DNA of 64,000 nucleotides from Thermoplasmata archaeon (GTDB taxonomy: Archaea > Thermoplasmatota > Thermoplasmata > Lutacidiplasmatales > UBA184): NCBI GenBank assembly GCA_030038095.1, contig JASHPK010000035.1:26-64025 (forward strand). Direction: 5' to 3'. The notes below the pieces were generated by a model. It was not told the origin of the DNA. It worked only from the letters and a program-made list of their open reading frames with translations, and did no database searches. How positions within the stretch are numbered: position 1 is the first letter of the stretch; each line of letters begins with the position of its first letter. This document shows positions 1 to 10,201 of the stretch, in pieces. Made by a program: the position numbers and the translations under genes.

Positions 1-591
1 CCGCGAGTGGGTCGATCCGTCCCGGGGCCGCGAAGATCACGGCCGCGGGCTTCAGCGGATGGGCGCGGATCGCGACCATCGGCGAGCGGCCGTACTTCAC
101 GTTCGAGAAGATCAGGGCCCGCTGGGTCGTCCAGCCGTACACTTCGACGAAGTGCGAGGCATCGATCGACAGGATGGCGCGAGGCGCGTCCAGCACGGTG
201 AATCCGTGGATATCGCGGTGGAGGTCCACCGGGCTCACCGCACGCGCTTCGAGCTGGTCGGCGAGCGTCTTCAAGGGGATCGCCACCGCAAACTCCCGCA
301 TGCCGAGAATTCCCTCGGAGTGGGGGCGCAATCCGAGCCGCTGGCCGATGCGACCTCCGTTCTGCGCGTCCAACGAGAGCAGGCCGTCGACGTACCGGCG
401 GATGAACCCCGCTCCCGGACTGACCCGTCGCTCGGACTCGTAGTCGCTGATCACCGAAGGGACCGTCGTGAGATGTTTGGCCAGGTCCCGCTGGGAGATC
501 CCGAAATCCTCGCGCCACTTGCGGAGCGTGCGTCCGGGGTGGGGCGAGAGCACGACCTCCCCGGCGATCTTCTCGCGGAGCTCCGCGTCCA
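1..591 (-). CDS. XRE-type HTH transcriptional regulator (archaeal COG1395-like). The N-terminal 197 codons are in the window; the C-terminus lies beyond the window start.
   Basis: Absent from the ORF track because there is no stop inside the window. My reverse translation from GTG(591) reads VDAELREKIAGEVVLSPHPGRTLRKWREDFGISQRDLAKHLTTVPSVISDYESERRVSPGAGFIRRYVDGLL... This shows an XRE helix-turn-helix signature and strong GC3 bias. Confidence 0.6.
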
Positions 592-616
592 CGGGGCCGC
601 ACGAGGAGGTGCCCGG

Positions 617-622
617 TATAAA
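617..622 (-). promoter_or_regulatory. TATA box (TTTATA on the minus strand), ~26-31 nt upstream of the GTG at 591. This suggests a leaderless or near-leaderless mRNA.
   Basis: The plus strand reads tataaa at 617-622. This is the only AT-rich hexamer in the 592-694 spacer. Confidence 0.4.
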
Positions 623-694
623 GCGGTGTTCGTCCTGTCGGTCCTAGGGCTCGACAGCTGCCGAAGACACCGCCGAGCCCATGACCTCGGGGAG

Positions 695-799
695 TGGACC
701 GGGCGAGACTCTCCGGGCCGCGGGCGATCGCCCCCGTCCCCTTTGAACTCGCGACCTCTACCTTGCCAAGGTAGCGATCTTCCGCTGATCTACCGGCCC
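695..799 (-). tRNA. tRNA-Ala (anticodon GGC) with a 33-nt intron in the T-loop. CCA is not encoded.
   Basis: Minus strand: GGGCCGG-UA-GAUC-AGCGGAA-GAUC-G-CUACC-UUGGCAA-GGUAG-AGGUC-GCGAG-UUCAAA[33 nt]U-CUCGC-CCGGUCC-A. The full cloverleaf folds by hand, with G18G19, U33, G53-C61 and a 7-bp acceptor stem containing one G-U pair. Confidence 0.85.
709..741 (-). other. tRNA-Ala intron at position 59/60 (T-loop).
   Basis: Intron sequence: GGGGACGGGGGCGAUCGCCCGCGGCCCGGAGAG. Its flanks can form a bulge-helix-bulge with the T-loop (see findings). The exact boundary (59/60 versus 60/61) was inferred by hand. Confidence 0.7.
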
Positions 800-969
800 A
801 CGCCGGCGGCCGAGTCGGAGCGTGGGATAACCGTTTCGCGTGCGCCGCCTCCCCGGAGGGTCGATTGACCGCCCCCGGGCGATCTGCGCCTCGGAGCCGT
901 GGGGGACCGGCGGCGGCGCTCCGCCGCGCGAGCCAAACCCTTATTGGGTCCGTCCGGCTCGGTTGGCCG

Positions 970-1329
970 ATGGCGGAAGGGCAGTCGTCCGGCGAGCCGA
1001 TCGACATCATCCTGCAATCGAGCCGAGATCTGCTGCGGCCCGAGGAGCTCGTGCGCGAGGCGACCCGGGACATTGTCAAGGAGGAGATCCGGCGCCATCT
1101 CGAGCGGACCCTCAAGGAGAACCCGAAGCTCGACCAGGAGCTCCGCGACGCGGTGCGCGAGCTCCTCGAGGCCCGGGCGAAGGAGTATGCCGCGCTCCTG
1201 AAGGTCGGAGCGTCGACGGCGCGGCTCGGCCTCTCGGCGCTGCCGGCCGACGTCCGCCGGACCCTGACGAAGCAGATCGTCGACCTCGTCTCGGACGAGC
1301 TCGGGCAGATCGTGGAGAAGTCGCTCTAG
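970..1329 (+). CDS. Hypothetical helical/charged protein (119 aa). It ends 2 nt before the PAC2-family gene.
   Basis: Internal ATG of track ORF 865..1329. From MAEGQSSGEPIDIILQSSRDLLRPEELVREATRDIVKEEIRRHLERTLKEN... the sequence is protein-like, whereas the preceding 35 codons are Arg/Pro/Gly junk. Confidence 0.5.
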   Translation: MAEGQSSGEPIDIILQSSRDLLRPEELVREATRDIVKEEIRRHLERTLKENPKLDQELRDAVRELLEARAKEYAALLKVGASTARLGLSALPADVRRTLTKQIVDLVSDELGQIVEKSL

Positions 1330-1331
1330 CT

Positions 1332-2147
1332 ATGCCGATGCCTCCGGACCAGGTGCGGATCTACGAGATCAAGCGCATCGACGTCGAAGGCGCGATCGTC
1401 ATCGACGGGTTTCCCTCGGTCGGCCTCGTGAGCTCGATCGTCGCGAACTACCTCATCGACACGCTCGAGATGGAGCAGATCGGGATCGTCGAGTCCCCTG
1501 CCTTCCCGACCGTCTCGCTCGTCCGGAACGGGGACCCGCAGCACCCGGTGCGCATCTACGCCGGGCGGCCTCCCGCGGACCGGGCCGGGCGCGGGGCCGA
1601 CAAGATCGTCGCGTTCGTCTCCGAGTTCCACCCGGCGCCCACGATCATCCATCCGCTCGCGACCGCGATCCTCGACTGGGTGCAGGAGCAGCGGGCTTCG
1701 CTCCTGGTCTCCCCCGAGGGCCTGGTCGTGGAGGCGGCCGAGCACGGCAAGTCGGGCGGCCGCGGGCCGCGGCTCAACGACGTGAAGGTCTACGGGGTCG
1801 CGAGCACGCGCAAGGCGCGCGAGCTCTACATCGAACCGAATATGATCCCGTTCGTCGAGGGCGTGATCACCGGTATCGCCGGGGTCCTGCTGAACGAGGG
1901 ACGGCGCCGGGGGTTCGACGTGCTCACCTTCCTGGCCGAGGCGCAGTCGGATTACCCCGACGCGCGGGCCGCGGCGAAGGTGATCGAGACGATCAACCGG
2001 ATCCTGTTGCGGACGCCGCTCGACCCCGTCCCGCTCTACCACGAGGCGGAGCGGATCGAGCAGCAGCTGCTCTCGATCCAGCGGCGGGCGGCCGAGCGCG
2101 GGCGGGGCGACCAGGCGGTCCCGACGTCCCAGCCGATGTACCGCTGA
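1332..2147 (+). CDS. PAC2-family proteasome assembly chaperone-like protein (COG1938).
   Basis: Internal ATG of track ORF 840..2147: MPMPPDQVRIYEIKRIDVEGAIVIDGFPSVGLVSSIVANYLIDTLEMEQIGIVESPAFP... The GFP.vGlvg...a..yLi pattern is typical of PAC2. Confidence 0.65.
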   Translation: MPMPPDQVRIYEIKRIDVEGAIVIDGFPSVGLVSSIVANYLIDTLEMEQIGIVESPAFPTVSLVRNGDPQHPVRIYAGRPPADRAGRGADKIVAFVSEFHPAPTIIHPLATAILDWVQEQRASLLVSPEGLVVEAAEHGKSGGRGPRLNDVKVYGVASTRKARELYIEPNMIPFVEGVITGIAGVLLNEGRRRGFDVLTFLAEAQSDYPDARAAAKVIETINRILLRTPLDPVPLYHEAERIEQQLLSIQRRAAERGRGDQAVPTSQPMYR

Positions 2148-3369
2148 CGCCCGAGCCGGGGATCCGCTCGAGCATCTCGCGAAGACCGGCGGTGAGCGTC
2201 GCGACGTCGCGGCGGTCGTTGTAGAAGTAGAACGACGCGCGGACGTTCCCCTCGAGCCCCCGCGCCAGGTACCAGGAGTGGACGCAGTGCATTCCCGACC
2301 GGACCATGACCCGGTACCCCTCGTCGAGGAAGACCGCGGCGTCGTTCGCGTCGATCCCTTCGAGGGAGAACGCGAAGATGCTCGGGCGCTCCTCGGGGTC
2401 CGGGGGGCCGAGGACCCGGAGCCGGGGCTCGCCCGCGAAGGCGCTCGAGATTTCCCGGTTGAGGGCGAGCTGCTGGGCCCGGATCTCGTCGAACCCGAGT
2501 TCGCCGAGGTACTCGATCGCCGCGTGGGCCCCGATGACCCCCGCGTAGTTCTGGAGCCCCGCCTCGAAGCGGTGGGGCGGGGCGCGGAGGACGTGGCCGG
2601 AAAGGGTCGAGCGCTCGACCGTCTCCCCTCCGACCAGGAGGGGCCGCAGCTCGCGGAGCCGCTCGGGCGTGGAGGCGAGAAGACCGGTGCCCGTCGGCCC
2701 CAGCATCTTGTGCACACTGATCGCGTAGAAGTCGACGCCGAGCCGGTCGAGGTCGACCCGTTCGTGGGGGGCCGCCTGACAGCCATCGAACAGGACCAGC
2801 GCCCGGTGCGCGTGGGCCCGCTCGGTGATCTCCCGGATCGGGAGCGAATGCCCGTCGAGGTTCGAGGTGTGGAACAGGCTGACGAGCCGGACCCCCCGGG
2901 CGAGGGCCGGCTCGAGGGCCTCGGCGTCGAAGCCTCCCTCATCGGCGACGGGGAGGATCTCGATCCGGATCCCGCGCTCGGCCGCCAGCCGCTGCCAGAC
3001 GATCAGGTTCGAGTTGTGCTCGCGGTCGGAGATCAGGACCCGGTCGCCCTTCTTCCAGGGGAGCCCCTGCCCGACCAGATTGATCGCCTCCGTCGCGCCT
3101 CGCGTGAAGACGACGCCGTTCGGGTCGGCCCGGCCGAGAAACCGCGCGAACGCCTCCCGCGCCCCCTCGAACCGGCGGCCGACCTCCTCGGCGAAGCGGT
3201 GGAGGCTCCGGCCGCCGCACCCCGGATAGTCCCGGTAGTACCCCTCCATCGCTTCGAGGACCGCCCGCGGCACGAGCGACATGCACGCGGAGTCGAGGTA
3301 GACCGGCGCCGGTCGATCGGGCCGATCCTCGAGGGCGGGGAAGTCCCGGCGCACCGCCGAGACGTTCAC
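1993..3369 (-). CDS. Class-V aminotransferase / cysteine desulfurase (SufS/Csd-like).
   Basis: GTG start (VNVSAVRRDFPALE...) overlaps the TGA of the upstream gene (GTGA). PLP-lysine motif SVHKMLGPTG and catalytic Cys motif RSGMHCVHSW are present. A ~55-aa low-complexity tail runs to the first stop. Confidence 0.85.
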   Translation of the reverse strand: MNVSAVRRDFPALEDRPDRPAPVYLDSACMSLVPRAVLEAMEGYYRDYPGCGGRSLHRFAEEVGRRFEGAREAFARFLGRADPNGVVFTRGATEAINLVGQGLPWKKGDRVLISDREHNSNLIVWQRLAAERGIRIEILPVADEGGFDAEALEPALARGVRLVSLFHTSNLDGHSLPIREITERAHAHRALVLFDGCQAAPHERVDLDRLGVDFYAISVHKMLGPTGTGLLASTPERLRELRPLLVGGETVERSTLSGHVLRAPPHRFEAGLQNYAGVIGAHAAIEYLGELGFDEIRAQQLALNREISSAFAGEPRLRVLGPPDPEERPSIFAFSLEGIDANDAAVFLDEGYRVMVRSGMHCVHSWYLARGLEGNVRASFYFYNDRRDVATLTAGLREMLERIPGSGVSGTSAGTSGPPGRPARARPPAAGSRAAAARSAPPRGRAGRGRAASATGSG

Positions 3370-4556
3370 GACGGCCCCCGCTGAAGGCTCTCCGCCGCGG
3401 CGGCAAGGGCCGCGGCCCCGATCACGAGCGCGCGCTCGTCCGGGGCGAACGTCGGGCTGTGGAGTGTCGCGGGACGCTCGGGCTGCCCGACCCCCAGCCG
3501 GAGGAAGGTCCCCGGGACCTTCTCGAGATACCGGGAGAAGTCCTCGGCGCCCATCAGCGGATGGTCGACCTCGACCACGTGCTCCCGGCCGAGCTCGAGC
3601 TCGAGGCCCGCCACGACCGTCCGGGTCGCGTCGGCGGAGTTGATCAGGGAAGGGTACCCCCGCCGGTAGGCGATCTGGACCGAGGCCCCGAGGCTCGACG
3701 CGAGCGCGCGCACCCGGCGCTTCAGCGCCCGCTCGATCAGGTCCCGCGTCTCGGGGCGCAGGGTGCGCACGGTCCCCTCGAGGGTGACCTCGCTCGGGAG
3801 GATGTTGTCCTTCGTGCCGCCGTGGATCGATCCCACGCTGACCACGACCGGGTCGACCGGATCGCGCACGCGGGAGACGAGCGCCTGAAGCCCGGTGACG
3901 ATCTCGCTCGCGACCACGATCGCATCCGGCCCCTGGTGGGGCGACGCGGCGTGGCCGCCCCGGCCGCGGACGACGATCCGGAAGAAGTCGGCGGCCGCCA
4001 TGAACGGCCCGACCCGCCAGCCGATCACCCCCAGCGGGAGGCTCGGATCGACGTGCTGGCCGACCACGAAGGCGACCTTCGGGTCCTCGAGACAGCCGCG
4101 CTCGATGAGCGGGAGGGCCCCGCCGAGGTGGCCCTCCTCCTCGGCCGGCTGGAAGATCAGGCGGATCGGACCGAGCGGGGGCCGGGAACTTCGGGAGAGC
4201 ATCGCGGCCGCTCCGAGCAGGCAGGCGAGATGGACGTCGTGGCCGCACGCATGCATTCGACCGGCGAAGCGGGATCGGAACGGGAGCCCCGTCTCCTCGG
4301 TCACCGGGAGCGCATCCATGTCGGCCCGCAGCCCGACCACGGGACCCGGGCGATCCCTACCGATGGTGGCGACGACCCCCGGGAAGTCCTCGAACGTCGC
4401 GGCAGGGATCCCCAGCTCCCGCAACGCCCCGAGGACCTTGTCGCGGGTCTTCTGCTCCTGCAGGGAGAGCTCGGGCTCCTGGTGGAACGCGGTCCGCCAA
4501 GCCCGCATGGCCGGAAGGATGCGACGGGCGGCCGGCGTCCACGGCTCGGAGGTCAT
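3366..4556 (-). CDS. M20/M20D-family amidohydrolase (N-acyl-amino-acid amidohydrolase-like).
   Basis: Internal ATG (MTSEPWTPAARRILPAMRAWRTAFHQEPELSLQE...). Metal-binding motif MHACGHDVH is present. An AT-rich TATA-like element (ttatat on minus) lies ~30 nt upstream. Confidence 0.85.
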   Translation of the reverse strand: MTSEPWTPAARRILPAMRAWRTAFHQEPELSLQEQKTRDKVLGALRELGIPAATFEDFPGVVATIGRDRPGPVVGLRADMDALPVTEETGLPFRSRFAGRMHACGHDVHLACLLGAAAMLSRSSRPPLGPIRLIFQPAEEEGHLGGALPLIERGCLEDPKVAFVVGQHVDPSLPLGVIGWRVGPFMAAADFFRIVVRGRGGHAASPHQGPDAIVVASEIVTGLQALVSRVRDPVDPVVVSVGSIHGGTKDNILPSEVTLEGTVRTLRPETRDLIERALKRRVRALASSLGASVQIAYRRGYPSLINSADATRTVVAGLELELGREHVVEVDHPLMGAEDFSRYLEKVPGTFLRLGVGQPERPATLHSPTFAPDERALVIGAAALAAAAESLQRGPS

Positions 4557-4639
4557 GAGTGCGGCCCGAGGAGCCGGCCGCTCGATATAATGCGCGCGAT
4601 GGCCGAGCCGCCCGCCCCATCCTCGGGGGAGGCCCGGGC

Positions 4640-5413
4640 CTACGGACCCAGCAGCACGCGCTCGACGGCTGCGGGACGGCGGAACGAGTCGACCTCCGCG
4701 ACGTCGATTGGCGCAGGCCTCTCGGCTCCGAACCGGTTGAACCAGACCGCGCGGATCCCCGCCGCACGGGCCCCGAGGACGTCGTTCTCCCACGAGTCGC
4801 CGATCATCACCGCATTCTCCGGACCGGTTCCGCCTCGCTCGAGGGCGAGCCCGAAGATCCTCGGATCCGGCTTCGAGACCCCCACGGCCTCGGAGATGAT
4901 CATGAAGTCGACCAGTGCGGTCAGTCGGAGGAAGGCGAGCTTTTCGTCCTGCTCGGCGGCCTGATTGTTCGAGACCACCCCGACCCGGGCTCGCCGGTGG
5001 ACCCGCTCGAGGAGGCCCCGGACGCCCGGCACCGGTCGTCGCAGCTCCCGGTAGAACGAGCGGTAGAGGCTCGAAAGACGGGCCCCTTCCTCACGGATCG
5101 GCCTCGACCCGCAGAACTCGAGGAGCGTCGAGAACCGCTGGACGCGCGACTCAGCGACCGTGATGCGCCCGGCGACCACCGCCGGGTGCGCCTCTTCGAG
5201 AAGGCGGGAGTACTCGTGCCAGAGGTCGGAGAGGCTTCGAGATCGCAGCGCCCCCTCGGACCGCTGGAGCCTGGCGAGCGCGGCCCGGGAGGTGAGCGCA
5301 TGATCGAAGATCGTGTCGTCCATATCGAAAAGCACGAGGGGAGACCGGCCCCCGGGTTCACGGACGACCGCTCGTACTCGCTCGGTCACTGGACTTCCTA
5401 ACCCGGACTGCAC
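4640..5413 (-). CDS. HAD-superfamily hydrolase (subfamily IA-like).
   Basis: DxDxT motif LVLFDMDDTIF and C-terminal GDS..ND motif (MIGDSWENDV). The start is uncertain: GTG at 5413 or a downstream GTG. Confidence 0.8.
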   Translation of the reverse strand: MQSGLGSPVTERVRAVVREPGGRSPLVLFDMDDTIFDHALTSRAALARLQRSEGALRSRSLSDLWHEYSRLLEEAHPAVVAGRITVAESRVQRFSTLLEFCGSRPIREEGARLSSLYRSFYRELRRPVPGVRGLLERVHRRARVGVVSNNQAAEQDEKLAFLRLTALVDFMIISEAVGVSKPDPRIFGLALERGGTGPENAVMIGDSWENDVLGARAAGIRAVWFNRFGAERPAPIDVAEVDSFRRPAAVERVLLGP

Positions 5414-5704
5414 AAAGGACTAGGGGGGCCCGACGGAGTCGGGGGTCGGAGCGAGCGATGGTCGGCGCAGGGCGGGGCCACCTGAACTCTGTCGCCCTTT
5501 CGCCGAAGTCCTCGCCGCGTCCTGGAGCGGGGCATTTCACCCCATCGGCCATCGTTCCAAATCCTCCGAAGCATCAGTGGAGAACTGTGGGTCCAAGTTC
5601 TGTCCGGATCCGGTTCCCGCATGGCCGCTCAAGTGTTCTGCCCTCGGTCCGGACCGTCCGTCTTTCCCCTCGGCAGCTTGTCGTCCGACCACCGACACAC
5701 CCGC

Positions 5705-5710
5705 TATATA
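5705..5710 (+). promoter_or_regulatory. TATA box (TATATA), ~40 nt upstream of the ZIP transporter ATG.
   Basis: gctatatactc lies within an otherwise GC-rich spacer. Confidence 0.4.
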
Positions 5711-5749
5711 CTCACCCAAAGGTGTGGAAACTCGGCAGGGACGATTGAG

Positions 5750-6553
5750 ATGGGGGGTTTCCTGGTATTCATGGTCCTAACGGCGGCCATGGGGCTTTCG
5801 ATTTTCCTGTCTCTTCCGGTCGTCTACAGCAAGCGGGCGCAAGGGCGGTGGGCGGTCGGACTCAACGCTGTGGCAATCGGAATTCTCATCTTCCTGCTGG
5901 CTGACGTCTTCTCCGACGTCTCCACCATCCTCTACCCGAGCGGGTACGTAGCCAATCTTGGGTATTCCATTGCGTTCGGTGTCGCGTTCGTCGGGGCCTT
6001 CCTCGCTCTGTATCTCGTGGACAATCTCAAGGGGCTCGGCCTGATTTCGCGGCGGAAGGTCCTTCCGTCGGCCACGCCGCCCACCGATAACGGGCCGTCG
6101 ACGACCGCCCTCATCATCGCCTTGGGCATCGGGCTCCAGAATCTCACCGAGGGCCTGGTCTTCGGGGTCAACTGGACCGCCGGCGCACTTGGCATCCTGG
6201 CGGTGGTCTTCGTGGGGTTTTTCCTGCAGAACGTCACCGAAGGATTCCCCATTGCCTCTCCGTTCCTCGCGACGGACGCTCGTCGTCGACTACCGACGAT
6301 GCTCGGTCTGTTCCTCATCGGCGGGCTTCCCACCATCGCGGGTGGCGCGATCGGCTACTTCTGGAGTAACGACCTCTTTCTGGTGGTTTTCGACGCCCTG
6401 GCCATTGGAGCCATCGCCTACGTGATCCTTCCGATGCTCCGGGTCGCATTTCGACCCTTGGAGTCGAGGGAAGCCTCGACGCGGCGGAACCAATTGGTCT
6501 ACCTGGGCGCCATGATCGGTTTCGCACTGGGCTTCGCGGTAAATGCGATTTAG
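5750..6553 (+). CDS. ZIP-family divalent metal transporter (ZupT-like), paralog 1.
   Basis: Internal ATG (MGGFLVFMVLTAAMGLSIFL...). It is polytopic, with conserved LQNLTEGLVFG and FLQNVTEGFPI motifs. It is clearly paralogous to 48752..49513. Confidence 0.85.
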   Translation: MGGFLVFMVLTAAMGLSIFLSLPVVYSKRAQGRWAVGLNAVAIGILIFLLADVFSDVSTILYPSGYVANLGYSIAFGVAFVGAFLALYLVDNLKGLGLISRRKVLPSATPPTDNGPSTTALIIALGIGLQNLTEGLVFGVNWTAGALGILAVVFVGFFLQNVTEGFPIASPFLATDARRRLPTMLGLFLIGGLPTIAGGAIGYFWSNDLFLVVFDALAIGAIAYVILPMLRVAFRPLESREASTRRNQLVYLGAMIGFALGFAVNAI

Positions 6554-6750
6554 TGGCGCATAGTCCGTTTCCGAGCCGAATTGCCCGCTCGCTCCCTTTA
6601 ATCGATGCCCGAGTCCGCGGTATCCGCGAGGAGGATTCGCAACCCTCTCAATCCAGCCTCCGTCATCCCCACAGGTCACGGGAGCCGGGGTTGGCGTCCC
6701 GACGAAGGCCTTCGGCTCCGAGAGGACACGACTCTCGAATATGGAGTCTT

Positions 6751-6757
6751 TTTATAT
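6751..6757 (+). promoter_or_regulatory. TATA box (TTTATAT), ~76 nt upstream of dnaK.
   Basis: ctttttatatgagg. A GC-rich hairpin (ggagccg...cggctcc) lies just upstream. Confidence 0.35.
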
Positions 6758-6832
6758 GAGGGCTGACTTACCAAACGCGAAGGATAAGCCGAGCCGCTGC
6801 CTCGAGGGACGACGGCCGGTGGAGCAACAACC

Positions 6833-8725
<1,893 letters not shown>

Positions 8726-8743
8726 CGACGGGCCCGTTGGGTC

Positions 8744-9901
8744 CTAACGGGCCGAGCGGGGTCGGGGCCACTCGCGGCCCTTCGGGGGGCCGACGTACTC
8801 GATGTCAGGTCGGATCAGCCGGTTGTCCCGAGCTTGCTCGAGCGCGTGCGCGGTCCAACCGGTCGTGCGCGCGACCGCGAACGTCGGGGTGAACAGCTCG
8901 CGCGGCAGCCCGACCGCCTCGAGGACCACCGCGCTCCAGAACTCGACGTTCGTGTAGAGCCGCGCCCCCGGCTTCGCGGCGCGCAGGGCCGCCAGCACGT
9001 CCCGTTCCACGGACTCCGCGAGCGCGAGCCGGGACGGCTCGGCGACCTCCCGGGCGATGCGATGGAGGACGAGAGCCCTCGGGTCGTCGGTCTTGTACGC
9101 CCGGTGGCCGAACCCGAAGAAGACCTGTTTCCCGGCCAGGCGCTCCCGGATCCACCGCTCGGCTCGGTCGCTCGTCCCGATCGCGTCGAGCATGTCCGAG
9201 ACGAGGCTCGGAGCGCCGCCGTGCACCGGTCCCTTCAACGTGGCGAGGGCGGCCGTGGCGGCGCTCACGAGATCCGACTGCGTGGAGATCGCGGTCCGGA
9301 GCGCGAACGTCGAGGCGTTCATGCCGTGGTCCGCGAGGAGGGAGAGGTACCCGTCGAGCGCCGCCGCGCGGGCCGGCTCGGGGACCGCGCCCGAGAGCAT
9401 CCAGAGGTAGTTCGCCGCGTGGGAGAGGTCGGGGCGGGGGGCGACGGGAGGCTCGCCCCGGGTCCGCCGGACGAACCGGGCGAGGAGCACCGGGGTCCGA
9501 GCGATGAGGCGATACCCCTCTGCGAGGCGGGGAGGGTAGCCGTAGCTCCCGTCGCCGAGCGAGGAGAGGATCGTGCGCAGCGCGTCGAGCGGAGGCAGCT
9601 CGGGGGAGAGGGCGTCGACGACCCGTTCGATCGCCGCCGGGACCCGCTCGTTCTCCCGGAGGGCGCGGACCACTTCGGGGGACGGATCGCTCTCGGGCGG
9701 ATCGCCGTGGAGCACGAGGTGGGCGATCGACTCGTACGGGACTCCCGGCACGAGGGTGCGCACGTCGAACCCGCGGTAGACCAGGTCGCCGGTCTCCCCG
9801 CCGACCCACGAGATCTCCGACGTGCCCACTACGACGTCATCGAGACCCTTCGACGCGTGACGCGAGCCGGGCACGCGCGAGCGAGCGCGGGCTCGACTCA
9901 T
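8744..9901 (-). CDS. gltA: Citrate synthase (or 2-methylcitrate synthase) family.
   Basis: Internal ATG (MSRARARSRVPGSRHASKGLDDVVVGTSEIS...). Motifs GPVHGGA and FGFGHRAYKTDDPR are present. 385 aa. Confidence 0.9.
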   Translation of the reverse strand: MSRARARSRVPGSRHASKGLDDVVVGTSEISWVGGETGDLVYRGFDVRTLVPGVPYESIAHLVLHGDPPESDPSPEVVRALRENERVPAAIERVVDALSPELPPLDALRTILSSLGDGSYGYPPRLAEGYRLIARTPVLLARFVRRTRGEPPVAPRPDLSHAANYLWMLSGAVPEPARAAALDGYLSLLADHGMNASTFALRTAISTQSDLVSAATAALATLKGPVHGGAPSLVSDMLDAIGTSDRAERWIRERLAGKQVFFGFGHRAYKTDDPRALVLHRIAREVAEPSRLALAESVERDVLAALRAAKPGARLYTNVEFWSAVVLEAVGLPRELFTPTFAVARTTGWTAHALEQARDNRLIRPDIEYVGPPKGREWPRPRSAR

Positions 9902-9958
9902 AGCGTGAGCGCTTCCACCGCCGGAAATCTTAAGGAGGAGAGGCCCGTCGCGCCGCCG

Positions 9959-10201
9959 ATGGTGGACGGTCCGGGCCAGCTGCTCGAGCGGGTGGTCCAG
10001 CAGCGGGTGACGCTCCTGCTGAAGGACTCCCGCCAGCTTTCGGGGAAGCTCGTCGGGATCGACGAGCACCTGAACCTCGTTCTCGACGACACGGACGAGA
10101 CGACGGCGGAGCTGTCCCGGCATCTCGGCCGGGTCGTCCTGCGCGGCTCGAACGTCGTTACGCTCCACGCGCCGCACGGGGCGAGCGGGAAGACCGCGTG
10201 A
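9959..10201 (+). CDS. Sm-like (LSm/SmAP) RNA-binding protein.
   Basis: Internal ATG (MVDGPGQLLERVVQQRVTLLLKDSRQLSGKLVGIDEHLNLVLDDTDE...LGRVVLRGSNVV). Sm1/Sm2 motifs are present. 80 aa. Confidence 0.85.
   Translation: MVDGPGQLLERVVQQRVTLLLKDSRQLSGKLVGIDEHLNLVLDDTDETTAELSRHLGRVVLRGSNVVTLHAPHGASGKTA

Noticed and set aside
59-868. A 269-aa plus-strand ORF spanning the window start.
   Set aside because: It overlaps the minus-strand HTH regulator (which has a clear XRE motif and TATA box) and runs straight through the tRNA-Ala gene. Its composition is junk-like.
840-1331. Long N-terminal extensions in the track ORFs, for example 840..2147, 3366..4793, 8744..10177, 20992..22530, 23668..25476, 25460..27193, 41539..42501 and 60992..62416.
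   Set aside because: The extensions are Arg/Pro/Gly-rich, overlap the preceding genes and have poorer GC3. Internal ATG/GTG starts coincide with the family N-termini and often with ATGA/GTGA coupling to the upstream stop.
5414-5704. A ~290-nt spacer upstream of ZIP paralog 1, checked for a small RNA (C/D box) or a small ORF.
   Set aside because: Only one imperfect C-box-like UGAUGC is present, with no properly spaced D/C'/D' boxes. The track ORFs here overlap each other and look random. Nothing is supportable beyond the TATA box at 5705-5710.
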